Origin: Chrysomallon squamiferum
Lineage: Eukaryota > Animalia > Mollusca
NCBI GenBank assembly: GCA_012295275.1
Contig: CM022665.1
Span: 15,686,001-15,750,000, forward strand
DNA length: 64,000 nt
Direction: 5' to 3'
The notes under the pieces were generated by a model. The model ran no database searches. It was not told where the DNA came from and saw only the letters and a list, made by a program, of their open reading frames with translations. Position 1 is the stretch's first letter. Each line of letters begins with the position of its first letter. Position numbers and translations under genes: made by a program. Shown piece after piece: positions 1 through 14,500 of this stretch.

Positions 1-137
1 CCTACAAACAAAACATAAACAAAATACAACCAACCAAACAAAACAAAAAACCCAGCTGTCAACCAGATATCTTGACTAATCTGAATGTATATCATTTAGA
101 AACCAAGAAACAAACTCAGAAATATTAAAAAGATTAA

Positions 138-552
138 AGATGAATTTTGGGCCAAAGAAGTAAGTCATCACAGTTTGTTTGGAGTGTACTGACAGACATC
201 TTGTGTATGTGTTGTTGTTTTTTTAAGGTTGGCCTTTTGCAAATGCACCATAAAACTAACCCAAAACATGTGACTATTTCATTAGCTGCAAAGATTAAAA
301 GTCCAGGTTTCCAGAAACAAATTATTTTGGCCATATTTGTTTTTTTCCTTGCTGAGGGAAAGGATCTTTTTATTTTATTACCAAAAGGCCCAAGAAATTT
401 CATGCTATTATTTTGATAATTGCATTATGCACAAAATGCTTTTGAAGTCACTTATTGGCTGGGTTATTAATAAAATAAAATTTGATTGGCTGAAAACTAC
501 TGCTGGAACTATTTTAGGTTATTCATATTTTTATTCATGTTAAACTTCAGCT
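138..552. mobile_element. Possible old TTAA-target (Kolobok-like) non-autonomous element
   Basis: ttaa|agatgaatttt ... aaacttcagct|ttat (9/11 inverted match); higher-complexity interior with attggctg motifs. Confidence 0.3.
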
Positions 553-929
553 TTATAACTTTACTTTAATTTTAATTTTTTTTTAACAATATGATGAACA
601 TATATATATATTAACAAAAATAAAGTATTTAATCTAAGAAAATATTTTATAAAAAATAAGTAAATAAATAAATAAATGAAAAATATATAAAAAAGAGATA
701 AAGAAGAAAAAGTCGTCTGACATTTTACAAAAAACAGTGTGTATCAGTTAACATTAAAACATAATGCATACACATCAATGACCAGTTATTGTTTTGCTGT
801 TATTTCACTTTACTGTTCTTAAGATAATTTAAACTTAAATGTACTGCACTTGCAGTGTGCTAAATTTTGGTTCTTCTTGACTTACTGACTGGGGTTTTTT
901 CAAGGGTGGTAGCTGGTATATGTTAATAA

Positions 930-964
<35 letters not shown>

Positions 965-1467
965 TTGTTGTTTTTGTTTGTATTTTCAAAATAATATATA
1001 TAATCCATTACATTTACTTATCCCATCAAAAAGTACTTTTATCAAAGAAATTCACTAAAAGGGAGGTTACATCAAAACAAAACAAATATATTTTTTTAAT
1101 TCAAAATACATTTTTTGTTTTGTTTAGACTAGTCTATAATAACTATTATATAAAACCATTGAAGGGAAACTACTCAATGAACACAGTATTATTAATCAGA
1201 AATTAACTGAGAATTAAGTGCCAGTTATTTGTTAGAAGCTTGAGTGCTTATAGTATAAATTATACAAGGCTTGATGGTTTTCTAACAATACTTATAAGAA
1301 AATTGTTCCAAGAAAGATAATACTTGAAATTATCACTATTTAGCTGTAATATTTAAATTCAAAGAATATAAAATGCAATAATTCCATATCATATTTTTTG
1401 TTATTTTATAAAAATATTTTTTTTTATATTATTCAAGAAGCAGAAATGAAATATTTGCAAATTATGA

Positions 1468-1502
<35 letters not shown>

Positions 1503-2009
1503 AATATTTCAGTGATTTTTACAATTAAAAAATAAAAAATAAGAAAAAATAAGAGAAGTAAAATAAAAAGAATTTAAAAGAAAAAAGAATTTCTTTTAAC
1601 TTGGAGCAGTTTGTCTTTTAATTGTAAGAATGTAATATCCTGATGTATCTTCATGTAGAAAAATTATTTATAGCATCAGATTATAAAATGTATATAGAGT
1701 TCCAGTGTGTTTGGGTAATTACAACAAATTTTCGTTTTATTATTACAGTAATTTATTATTCTAAGGTTTATTTATATTATAATAAAGTGTACTTATTGTG
1801 GTGATAATATGGGATTTATTTTAAGTTTTAAAGTATTAAAATAAACTGTATATATTTCGTTAATGAACTTTATTATCAGATTCTGTTTATAATGATATTG
1901 AAGCTAATCATTTGACTGAATAATTAATTATAATGATGAGATATTATTACTATTGTTATTATTATTATTATTATAATGAGTAATGAATGATTATGATAAA
2001 ATGTCTATC

Positions 2010-2063
<54 letters not shown>

Positions 2064-2084
2064 GCATCTATTTAAGACATATAT

Positions 2085-2380
2085 TTAATATTTACATATA
2101 TGTATTAGGTCCAATATTTACATATAATTATATATATTATATTTAATATTTATATGTATGTATATTATACTTAATAATTACATATATGTATATTATGTCT
2201 AACATTTACATATAATTATATATACTATATTTTATATTTATATATATGTATATTATATTTAATAATTACATATATGTATATTATGTCTAACATTTACATA
2301 TAATTATATTTATGTATTTTTTCTAATATTTACATATAATTATATATACTATATTTTATATTTATATATATGTATATTCT
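2085..2380. repeat. AT-rich degenerate minisatellite (atttacatataattatatat...)
   Basis: Recurring units in the intron ahead of the first exon in the window. Confidence 0.75.
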
Positions 2381-2388
2381 TGTTTTAG

Positions 2389-2518
2389 GATCTCACTGAA
2401 TGTCAGTTAGAACCTGACATCGTGAGACTGCGTCTCATTCGAAGATCTATTCTTGGCAGAAAAGTCAAAACTAAAACTGTGTCCAGATTACAGTTCCAAA
2501 CCTCCAAAGATGTTGCAG
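2389..2518 (+). CDS. VPS13: VPS13 exon ([10 protein letters not shown]...SKDVA)
   Basis: ttttag|GAT...GCAG|gtaatg; open frame. Confidence 0.8.
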
Positions 2519-3151
2519 GTAATGTTTTGTATTATTATTATCATCATCATAATCATTATTATCATTATTATCATTATTATTATTGTTATTGTTATTGTCA
2601 CTGTTAACGTTGTTGTTACTGTTAATATTGTTTTTATCATTAATTATTATTATTTTTATTTACAGCAGAAGAAATGTATTACTCTGCCTCTGATCATTCT
2701 GATGAAGAAGTAGAGGAGTGGTCTGAGTAAGCAATACATAACCTATCTATTCAGGACACCCAATATAACTGAGCATCATGAAACCTATAACTTAAAACCA
2801 CACTTTTGTGGTCAATAAAGAAAACTAGATTAATTCCTTTTGAAATTTTATTGCAAATATTAATGTTCTGTTTCATGTTAACTTCTCTATAAAGGACATC
2901 TGTTGATATTGGTAAAGTAATCAAACTTTTAAAGTATTAAACTTTTATATGCAAGTTTATAAAGTGTTGAAGGATAAATAAAATGTTTAAATTCTAAAAG
3001 TGTTTAAAATCTTTTTAATTAATTACCTAATTTTTATACATGTATTATTACCATTATTTTTTTAATTGTGTGTATATATATATATATTTTTTTTTTTTGT
3101 GATTATAATTATCTGTATTTATTATTATTGATATTTTTAACATTTTTATTA

Positions 3152-3182
<31 letters not shown>

Positions 3183-3938
3183 GTTATTATTATTTTATTT
3201 ATTTATTTATTTATTTCAGTTACCTAAAAATCAAACCAGTGGATGACAACATGTATCCATCGAATTCTGTTAAAATTCTGGTGAGGATGACCTTGGGTGA
3301 ATTTGTCATTAATCTGACAAAGGTCATGGACAAACACGAAACTCCATATCTCATGTTCCGCGTGAATCGCCTCAGAATCGATTCATCTCTTACAGTATTT
3401 GGCTACGGAGTACATGCCACACTTGGTGGGATTCAACTTGTCGACAAGATACACACAGGTAAAAAATGTAAAAAATTAAAAAATTAAAAACAGATTAAAA
3501 CATACCCGTTATGTTACTAACAAAATAGCCTAAATATATTATGGACTCGTCAAAGTAATTTTTATTATTATAGAAACCAATCTTTTCTAAAAATAAATTA
3601 TGACCATAACATACTAAGCTAAGACAATAATAATAAAGTATAACCATAATATATTTTTGTTAGTAATAAATATAACTGTACCATGCCTTCCTAATAATAA
3701 ATTATGACATAAATACACCAGACTAAAAATAAAATATAATATAAATATAAATTTCCTGAAAATAAAGTACAACCATAATTTATTTGTAAGACGACTTGTA
3801 GGCTAATGTTTTTCCTTGATTGGTGATTCCATTTCATTCATTGAAATATAAAAATTTTAATCTCTTTTTATTTGTTTGTTTTATTTATTTTTGTTTTATT
3901 TTATTATTTTTTTTATTTTATTTATTTGTCTGATTGTT

Positions 3939-3981
<43 letters not shown>

Positions 3982-4830
3982 TTCAGGGTCTGCAGGAGAG
4001 TACATGGAGATGCTGGGAACCAGTTCTGACACAGATCTAGTTTCTGTCTTGTACAGACATGTAATTATACTTTATTTATTTTCTAACTTTACGTAGTAAC
4101 TAACCAAAATGTTGTATATGTATCAGTACATTTGTTTATGTATTTTAATAATAATAATAATATTTATAGTCAGTATTTTATAATGTTGAAGTGTTACTGA
4201 ACATTAATTTGTTCTGTCATTTATTCATTCATTCTTTCTGTTATTTGTTAATTCTTTTTATTTATTCATTCTTTCTTTCTTTTCAATCTTTAATCATTCC
4301 TTCATTTTTATTCTTCATTTCTTTATTCACTAACAAGTTACTTTTTTTCCTTTTCCTTCTTTCCTCCTTTTTTCATTCATTTATTCATTTTTCTCTCTTT
4401 AATTCATTCTTTCTTTCATTATTTTATTCATTTATTCACCAATCCATCTTTTCTTTTTCTTTCCTTGTTAATTTATTTCATTTGTTTGTTGACTCACTAA
4501 TCAGTTTATTCTTTCTTTTGTTATTTCATTCATTAATGCACTTATTCATTTATTATTATTACATTTTCAGGTGAGACCAGAATGCCCAGACTTCGACAAG
4601 GGCTATGGAAGTATAGAACATGCCATTCTACTCAAGTTTAGCCACATGTCAGCTCTCTTTGACCAGGCCAGTTTGATCTATCTCAACACCTTCCTACAGA
4701 GCATGTTCTCCAGGTAAATTATTTACCCCTAGTTTAAATTTAGTTAAATAATTACAAAAATAGCTTACTGATACATACATACATATACACACACATATGC
4801 CTGTATGTATGTATGTATGTATGTATGTAT

Positions 4831-4876
<46 letters not shown>

Positions 4877-5519
4877 AATAAGGAATTATTAGAGTCTTTA
4901 TTTTTAATCAATTAATTTATTTATTTATTTAGAAAGAGATGCAGAGATATTTTTAAAAACCATTTGAAGAGTTTATTATAATTTCTTTATATATTTATTT
5001 TTTAAACTGTGATTTAATTCTTTATTTATTTTAACATTTTCTTTCCTTTTCTGTATTTATTATTTGTTTTTAAATTATAATTATTATTTTAAAACCAATG
5101 TATGAACACATGTGAATGCATGAACACGAAGAAAATCAGTTATGATAGCAATTTTGCTTGCTAAACATAAAGAGAGGTACAAATAAATTATTCAAATTTT
5201 AAATAGTTGAAGTTTTAAAAAGTAAAATTGTTGTGTTATATTTCAGTGTACAGAACATGGACATGAAAACTAGTACAAGTACAGTGACTTCAGAGCTCAT
5301 ACACAAAGACAGACCATCACTGACAGAGAGACTGACGTCAATCACAGATGAAGGTAAGTCATACTTCTTTTTTATTTATAAAATAGAATTTAATAAAATT
5401 AAATAAGTAAATAAGTAAGTAAGCAAGTAAATAGTTTAGTGATGATAAAAAGACTGATATCATTCACTGACAAAAAGATATGCAGATTTCTGTTTTATTT
5501 AGGATACGAAATAAACTAA

Positions 5520-5560
<41 letters not shown>

Positions 5561-8500
5561 ATCTCTCTCTCTCTCTCTCTCTCAGTCTTTTTCACATTAA
5601 TTACATTCTTTATTTCATCAAAATTCTATATTTTGAGTCACAAATAATTAATATTTCCTAATTTTAGTGGATAACCTGCCACCAAGAAGCATAAAAATGA
5701 ATCTTGTAGCTCAGCTGGAGAATTTCAGTGTCAGACTGTGTGATTCTGAAAACAACTTTGCTCTCATTGATGTCAGAGGTTTGTTTAATAATTGTAGTAT
5801 TGTATTTATATTTATTTAGGTGAATGAATATATATATATATATATATATATATAATGACTGAAAATTTCAGAAAATATGTTTAATGTCTGATTCACTCAG
5901 GAAACTGACAATGCAATGTGTGTGTGAGTGTGTGCATGGATGCGTGTTTGTGTGTGTGTGAACATGTATGAGTGTGTATGACATTTAAAAATTGTTTCTC
6001 TTAAAATAATTTCTTGTTTGCGCAATTATATATTTTATTATGGATTATGTTTTCACACCATTACTTAATACATGTCCAGAGACATTCTGGGTTATGTATT
6101 GAACTTAATAATTGTATTTGAAACAATTTCAGGTTTTCAAGGACATGTTTTGGTCAAAGGAACAAAAACCACTGTCAGATGTCGTTTGAAGGATCTCTCT
6201 GTACAGGACTGTTCTGTTGGTGCAATATACCCTAAAGTACTAACTTGTTTCTTTATGTTATAAGCTAATTATGATTGTTATTATTATTATTATTTTATCT
6301 TATTGATATCATTATTATGGTTTTTTATATGTATTATATTTGCATTATTGATAATTATTTTTGTTAAGTATTATTTATTATTATTATTTTGTTGTTAATA
6401 TTTTATATATTTTAATATTAATTATTATTATTATTGTTATTATCATTATTATTAATCATTTAATATTGTTTTTCATTATAATTAATTAATTGTTATTATT
6501 TTATTAATATTCTTTTAAAAATGATGTAATTTTGAAATACTCATTTTCACAGGTATTTGTTTTACTTATAAATTCTGTATAACCAGTTACTATATTGTAA
6601 TTATTATTATTTGAAATTAATATAGTTACTATGGTAGAAATATTTTTACTTTTGAATTATATATAACTGGTTTTATTTGCAGCAGTTATGAGGAGATGTA
6701 ATTACTGGCATTAATTTTACTTACAAATTTAAAATTTAGTAATTAAAAGATTATAATAGTTAGAAATACTGAAACTGTGGTCAATCACTTCTAGGAATAA
6801 TGCATGAATAAAACAAGTTATCTGTTCTCTGTATATGTAACTGTGGGAAAACTACTGTATCATCATCATCATCATCATCATCATTATTATTATTATTTAT
6901 TTTTTTTTTGTTGACATTTTATATTTTTATTAGGGTTTCTTTTGTATTGTTATTAATTAAAAGTTTATGATTTCTATTTTTATTTCAGATTTTGATGATT
7001 GAAGATGACAACTGCTTTGATTTGAAGGTAACAGATTTAATATTTATTTTACAATTATCAAAATATTAAAATGTAAATATCTGATCATATATTATATTAA
7101 TATAGATTCTACATCAAATGTATGCTAATTATTAATACAGTATCTATATTATTGTTGTTAAAATCTTTGAACACTAATTATTTAATTATATATCTATTTT
7201 ATTTTTTATGTGTTTTGTGTTTACTAATTATGACTTTTTAGAATAATTGTTAATGATATATATATATAAAATATTTGATAATTTTTTGGCTATTGCCAAA
7301 TATCCATCAGTCAGTACTGCACAAAAACACCCCAAAAATCTCACCCAAAAATAACTTTCAATGCTTTTAATGGTAAAATTTCAGCATAGTTCATGTATTT
7401 ATCTTTGTATCAAAATTATTTTCAGGGAGTTTTGTGAAAATGTACTCTCATCAGTGATATAATATTTAAAAAGCTAATACCCAAATTTTAAAACATTTCT
7501 TAATTATTGATATTAATTTCATTTTAATTGTAACCATTACTATTCCCTTAATCCATTAAATTTTATTGTTACTTATAATGTTATTAATTAAATATATTTT
7601 CTTCTGTTTTTATTATTATATTTTAAACTTTTTTTCCAGTTTGTAAAATTCAACAAATCATCAGACATTCACACTGACAACAAACAGAAATCTCAGGCTT
7701 TGGACTACAGCATTCGGCTTCGAGTGGGGCAACTACAGATGGTTTACCTCAGCAAGTTTTACTGGGAACTTATTGTAAGGAGAACAGTTGTTTGAACAAA
7801 TTCCTTTTCTTATATACTCATTGCAAGTAGAAGAGCTTTTATTGGAAAATTGTTATATGGATTATTATTTTTACTGAGAACTCATTATAAAAATAGTTCG
7901 TTTTCTTTTTTTCCACCATAAAATATACAGCATGCAAAGTGCATATTAATAAACAAATATAAATAAAATAATGAATTTTAGGTAAATGTTTGCTTTTTTT
8001 TTTTTTTTTTTGCCAAAATATTGTGAGGATAATATAGCAAATTTTACTCAATTCTTCATTTTAGATTGACATTTTGAGGGGGGTTCTGGTTTAAATGAAA
8101 AAAATATAAAATTGATATGTTGTTTTTATTATAGAGATTCTTTGAGCCATTTATCAACAGTGAAATGACTGAGGCTGCCAGAGTTGCAGCTGTGGAAACC
8201 ATGACACGTCAGGTGTGTGTAACAACACATGTATTTCTCTAATTATGTTTTATGATAACTGTATTATTTATTTTCAGCTACAGTATTAGCCATTTTGATG
8301 TATCTTTACTAATAAGGAATATTTTTCTAAAATGGATAAGAAGTGTCCCAGTGTACCCTGGTCTCCCCTACCATTCAGTCCAGTGCCCCATTACTCATAA
8401 TTCTTTTCTGACTTTGAGAATGTGCATTTACAATTATTCCGTGTTGTTAAAAGAAAAAATGTAATGGATTTTCACTGAGAGCTTCATGTTTAAACAATAA

Positions 8501-11500
8501 TGAAAACATAATATTTGGGCTTCTAGTGATATCATTAAAAACACTTAATTTTATTTTAAGCAAGAAACATCAAAACTAATAAATTGTATTACCCTTTAAG
8601 ATAAAAAAAAAGAGTAAAAAAACCAAACAAAAAAAATCAGAATAATAACTAACAGTATTTCAAAAATAATAAATAATAAATAACAAAAAAACAAATACCC
8701 CCCCAAGAAACCCCCAAACAAATTATTGATTTTAATATTTCTAGATAAATCACATTTCCAAATTTGAATTAATTTTTGTTACCCAGTATGATGACATCAA
8801 GACACAAAACATCCGCATCAGTCTGAACGTTGACCTTCGTGCACCAACCATTCTGATCCCACAGCATTCTAAATCAACAGAGATGTTTCTTCTCAATCTC
8901 GGTGACTTGGCGATCAAAAACTATTTCCATTTTTCGGATGTTCCACCCGACATGAAACAAGAATGGAACCACATCTACATGAACTTGAGTCATGTTCAGA
9001 TGAACAGGTTTGTGTAATATCTCTTTACATAACGTTGACTTGTATCTTGATTTCCTTTATGCTAGGCAGCAAATTTTCAATGGATGGAAAATATTAATTT
9101 ATATATATGTATGTATGTATATATATATTGTATTTTAATGTTGTCTTTATTGTAAGTATTTATTTTTGGAATGTAATATGTGACTTTACAGGCATAAAAT
9201 TCATAGAATATTTTTCTGCTTAAATTATTATTATCATCTTCATCATCGTCATCATTATTATTATTTTGTTATTTTTATTATTATTACTATTATTTTGTTA
9301 TGAATTATAATTACTGATGTTGTTATATTTTAAATGAGTAATTTCTGTTATTTTTTTATTATGTTAGGAATGTGAAAATTACAATTATTTTAAAAATGCT
9401 TTTATGTTGATATTATTTATAAGATATTAACATTATTGAAATGTAAGTAATTTATATAAATATTACTACTAACTGATGTAAATAGTTAATATCAGTATTA
9501 CTGTTAACAGATGTAAATAATTTATATTAATATTACTGACAGATGTAAATTATTTATATTAAGATTACTACTGACTGATGTAAATAATTTATATTAATAT
9601 TGTTATTGAGATGTAAATACTTTATATACATATTATCTATTAACTGATATAAATAATTTATATTAATATTATTATTATTAACTGGTGAAAGTTAGCTAAC
9701 ACCAATATTGTTACTATTTGGGTTAAAAATGTAAAATGTATTTTCTATGTCTGATAATGTTTCAGAGTCAGTCTGTGTCTAGCAGATGAGGTTGTCACTG
9801 TCCTTCACAATGTCATTGAACCAATCAGTTTCAAAGCTGATGTCCAGATGGCACTGAAGCCTGTTGTGTCTGATGTCAAACTAGACATCTCAGGACATCT
9901 GAACAAGATAAAGGTGTGTGGTCATTTTTATACAAAATAAAATTTGGCACATAAAACTGTTCATGATTCTATAACACTGTAATGTTCTACACAGTTATTT
10001 TGAACTAGCTTTATTGACAGTGACAGGTTATCAGATCAAATCTTGGGAAGGACATAAATATATATTTTATATTTAACAATGCCACATGACTAGAATATAA
10101 AATTTCATAGTATGTGCTATCATTAATGAAACAAAAAGCAAAAAAAAAAAAAAACAACCCAAAAACCACACAAAAAACAAATCAAAAACATTCTTGCAAA
10201 TTAGCACAGCTTACAAAATAGTTTACTCAATTTTAACTGTTTTTTATATATATATATATAAAATAATAATAATAATAATAATAATAATTATTATTATTAT
10301 TTACAACAATTAATAGTAATATTTATATAAATTATTTACATGAAATAAGATTAACAGAGATTATTTACATCTCAATAATAATATTATTAATATCTTGTAA
10401 ATAAAATCAACATAAATTACTTAAAATTTATATATATATATATATATATGTTATTAGGATAAAATTTCTGTCTTTGTAATGGATGATATTCAGTAGTGCT
10501 GTGTTTGTTTTTGTTTCAGCTGAATATTGTTTCTAAAGATCTTCAGCTGTTGTTGGCCATTTTAAGAGAAAACCTAACAGAAGGTGCACCACAGCATACA
10601 TCAGGTCAAATATTTCTTAATTTTATCTCTATTTTTTTTTCATTTTATAAATGGAACATTATAAAATGTTCTGATATTGCCATAGTTTTGAAAATAATAA
10701 TAATGACAACAACAACAACAACAACAATAATAGTAATGCAATAATAACAGCAATAATAATTATAGTAATAATAATAATAAATATAACAACAAATGAAATT
10801 AAAAAATAACAACATCAAGAAATAAATAAAGATAATAAATAATGAGATTTTTAAGAAATATATATTTTTTTGTTTTCTTTAAAATCTGTTAAAACATAAT
10901 TTTGAAATTATAATAATTAATAATAAAGTAATAAATTATTATTATTATTATTATTATCATTACTTAATAAATGAAGCATTCTAACATAACTCTATTATTC
11001 ATCCCCATCATAATCATCTTTTCCTATTTATATATTATTTTATTAAAACAGGAATCTATGAATCTCCAACAATGCAGCAGATAATTCCACAGATCAGTTT
11101 GGATGCTGCGACACCAATCAGCGACACAAAACACAGCCTGGAGGACATGGGAGAGAAGTCATCTGTCAGTGTTCTCTTTAGACTGGAGGGCGTTTCAGCA
11201 ACACTCTTTGAACAGAGCTGTCCAGAAGAAGTAAGTCTCAAAATTAAATAAGTATGTCTCAAAATTAAATAGTCCCAAAATTAAATAAGGAAATCTCACA
11301 ATTAAATAAATAGCCATTGAATAAAAATGTCAAAAGCGATACATTTCGTATATAACAAAAGGGATATGATATATGTAATGAATGATATTTTACAGGGATC
11401 TATCAAAGGCAGTCTGTGTCACATGGAGATAGAGAAACTAAGTCTGAATATTATAAGTCACAGTGATGGGGACATCAAGTCAAATTTTGCTCTCCAGTCT

Positions 11501-14500
11501 GTCACAATTGATGACAGCAGACCTGATAGTGATTTGGCAGTGAAAAGGTAAAATACAAAACTGTGCATGTGCATGTGTGTGTGTGTGTGTGTGTGTCATT
11601 TGTGCATTTGTTTGGGTAGATGCATGTTGATGTGTGTTGTCTTGTGTGGGTGTGTGTGTATGTATGTTTGTGTGAGTGCTGTTATTTGTGTATTTGTTTG
11701 GGTATACGCATGTAAGTGTCTGTTGTGTGTGGGTGTATCTGTATGTTTCACTAAATGTAAATAGTGTGTATGTCAGGGAAAGAGAGAGAGAAGAAATAAT
11801 TATTTTGTTAATGTTTCTTTCAGAATTTTGTACTGTTCCAGCAAAAAATCTAAGAAGGATGATCTTCCTCTAATGTCCCTCATTTACAAAATTAGTAGTG
11901 ATGGCAACCAGAAAGGTAGGTGACTCTATTTTTGAAACAAAATTAAAATTTATTAAATTAATAAATATTTTTTTATTATTTGAATGTTTTCATATGACCT
12001 CTCTGGTATTTTTAATTTAAAAAAAAAAAAAAGTATTTTTGAATTTTTTGTAAGTTATATGGATTATACTAAGAACAGTAAAATTTAACAGTATCTTTAT
12101 AATTTCATTTCCAGTATTTCATTCTCAGTGAAGTCACTATATTTTCAGGTGTTAGAGTATTTTATTTATTTATTTTTATTTTTGTATTTATTTATTTATT
12201 TATTTTTTTATTTATGTTTGTTTGTTTATTTATTTATTTGTTTGTGTTTCAGCTGACCTGATGCTAGAGAAACTTCGACTCAACATCCATGTACCTTACT
12301 TACTGGTATTGTGGAAATTCTTCCAAGAAGTCTTAAGTGAGTCTGGGGACCTCGACCGCTACTCCATGATATCATCAACTGCATCAGCCCCTGCACCAGA
12401 ACGCACGACACTGCCACAGACATCCATAAACATCTATGGGACTTTCAAACAACCAGAGATTGTTCTGTTTGCTGATCCAACAAAGATTCACAGTCGAGTT
12501 GTAGTTCTTTATGTGAGGATTATTTGACAGAGATTTTTGTCATCATCTGAATGTTTATATAGTTTTCTTCAGACTGTCAAATTATTATTAGTTTTTAAGA
12601 TATTTCTTCTTTCCATCTTTATTATTAGTCCATCAAAACATTTATTCAGATAATTTCTTAACTAATTCCTCCATCCATCTGTCCCTTTGTCTATCCATCC
12701 ATCCATATATCCTTGTCCATCTGTCCATCCGTCTATCTATATGTCTGTTTCTCCATCAGTCTGTCCCTTTATCCATTTATCCATCCACACATCCATATAT
12801 TCATACCTCCTTAGATTTTATCATCTAATAATTTTTGGTTAATACATCTTTCTATCCTTATATTCTTACAGTATCTATTCATGTATCCTTTATAATTTGT
12901 TTTTTAATATCTTTTTTACTTTTAATAGTTTAAAAAAAACAAATTGTTTTAACTTAATATCATTCAGCATTAATATCCGTATCCTTTCAGTTCTGGTCTG
13001 AAAAAAAAAATATTATAATTAATGTGCTCTATAATATCCTTTTTTTTTTTTTTTTTCATATTCTTAGGCTGATGTGGCATTTGAATACCGGACAGATCCA
13101 GAGAAACAGTATCTGTGGTCAAAACTTTCTAACTTGCAGCTTGTTTCATCCATCAACACTGGAACCAACAACTCCAGAAGTCAGGTCAGTTTTAAACATG
13201 AGTGAACGATGAATGTATGAATGACTGAATGGATAGATGAATGGATGGATGTTTGTTAGTTTATTATCATAGGTGGTACGAGGATTTGATCCCAGAGCCA
13301 GTTACTTAACCACTGTGACATGTAAAGTTAATGAAAAAAACAGAGGAGCTAATGATGACACACACACACATGTAAGTACGTGTACACATAATTTAATTTT
13401 TTTAATTTTAATGTCACAGGTTCTGTCTCCATGTGCTGTTGAACTGACTGAATCCTATCAACAGGAAAGTGGTGAGATGGACGTGTCGGTCAAACTGACC
13501 AAAATGAACATTTATCTGTCTGCGTCCATTGTCCAGCTTCTGTGGGATGTCTATTCAAGTATACAGCTGCCTGTGTCTGAAGTAAGTCATGTTAATTAAC
13601 TTTAGAAATTTGTTTTTTATTGCATAGGTGTTTTTTCTGTCTGAATTTTGTATGTTTGTGTGTTTGTGTGTGTGAGTGTGTATGTTGGCAACTGTGTATT
13701 TATATGTGTGTCTGTGGGTAAATGTGGGTGGGTGGTTGTCTATGTATTTATGTGTGTGTATATTTGAAGTAAGCCGTGTTCATTAGATTTAGAAATTCTT
13801 TGCTGAGTTTATTATTTGTATAAGTGTTTTATCTGAATGTATATATGATTGTTTGTGTATATATATATGTATGTGTGTGTGTGTGTCTGTGTCATGTATG
13901 GTTTGTGTATATATATAAAAATGTATGTATGTTTGTATATATTTAAATGTGTGTGTATATATATATATATATATATCTGTTTATTTGTGTGTATACTTAT
14001 AGATATGTATATAACAATCTGTGAATGTATTTGTATGTATATATGTATATATTTTCTGAGTACTAATTTCTATTTGTATGTGTCTAGATATATATCTTTA
14101 TTAAACAAAAACACACACACAGTAATTTAATGTACATTATCCATTATTTGGTTATAAATTATTTATTGTTTGAAAATTAATGAATGTAAAAATGACAGAT
14201 AAAATAATGTTAAATACAATTTGTATTAATAGCCTGATGTCATCAAAAATGACTCTGTCCCTAAAGAAGTCCCAAACCTCTGGAGAGTTTCCACGGTAAC
14301 GAACAGCAAGTACCTTATGGACCAAAGTAAGCTTTAGATTAGTTACCATTTAAACCAAAACAGTGAGCAAAATCTTGAAACAGATGTTTTTATGTTATCA
14401 TATACAAAGGGATGAAATTAAAAGTTAGAAAAGAATTACTATATTTCAGATGTTAAGAAAACGAAACCTTATTTTCATGAGTTAGAATCTTATGTAAATA

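Noticed and set aside
8343-8372. Possible DNA-transposon terminus (gtgtcccagtgtaccctggtctccccta)
   Set aside because: No matching second end or TSD found.
13270-13320. tRNA B-box-like sequence on the - strand (gggatcaaatcc)
   Set aside because: No cloverleaf or clear A box; at most a SINE scrap.
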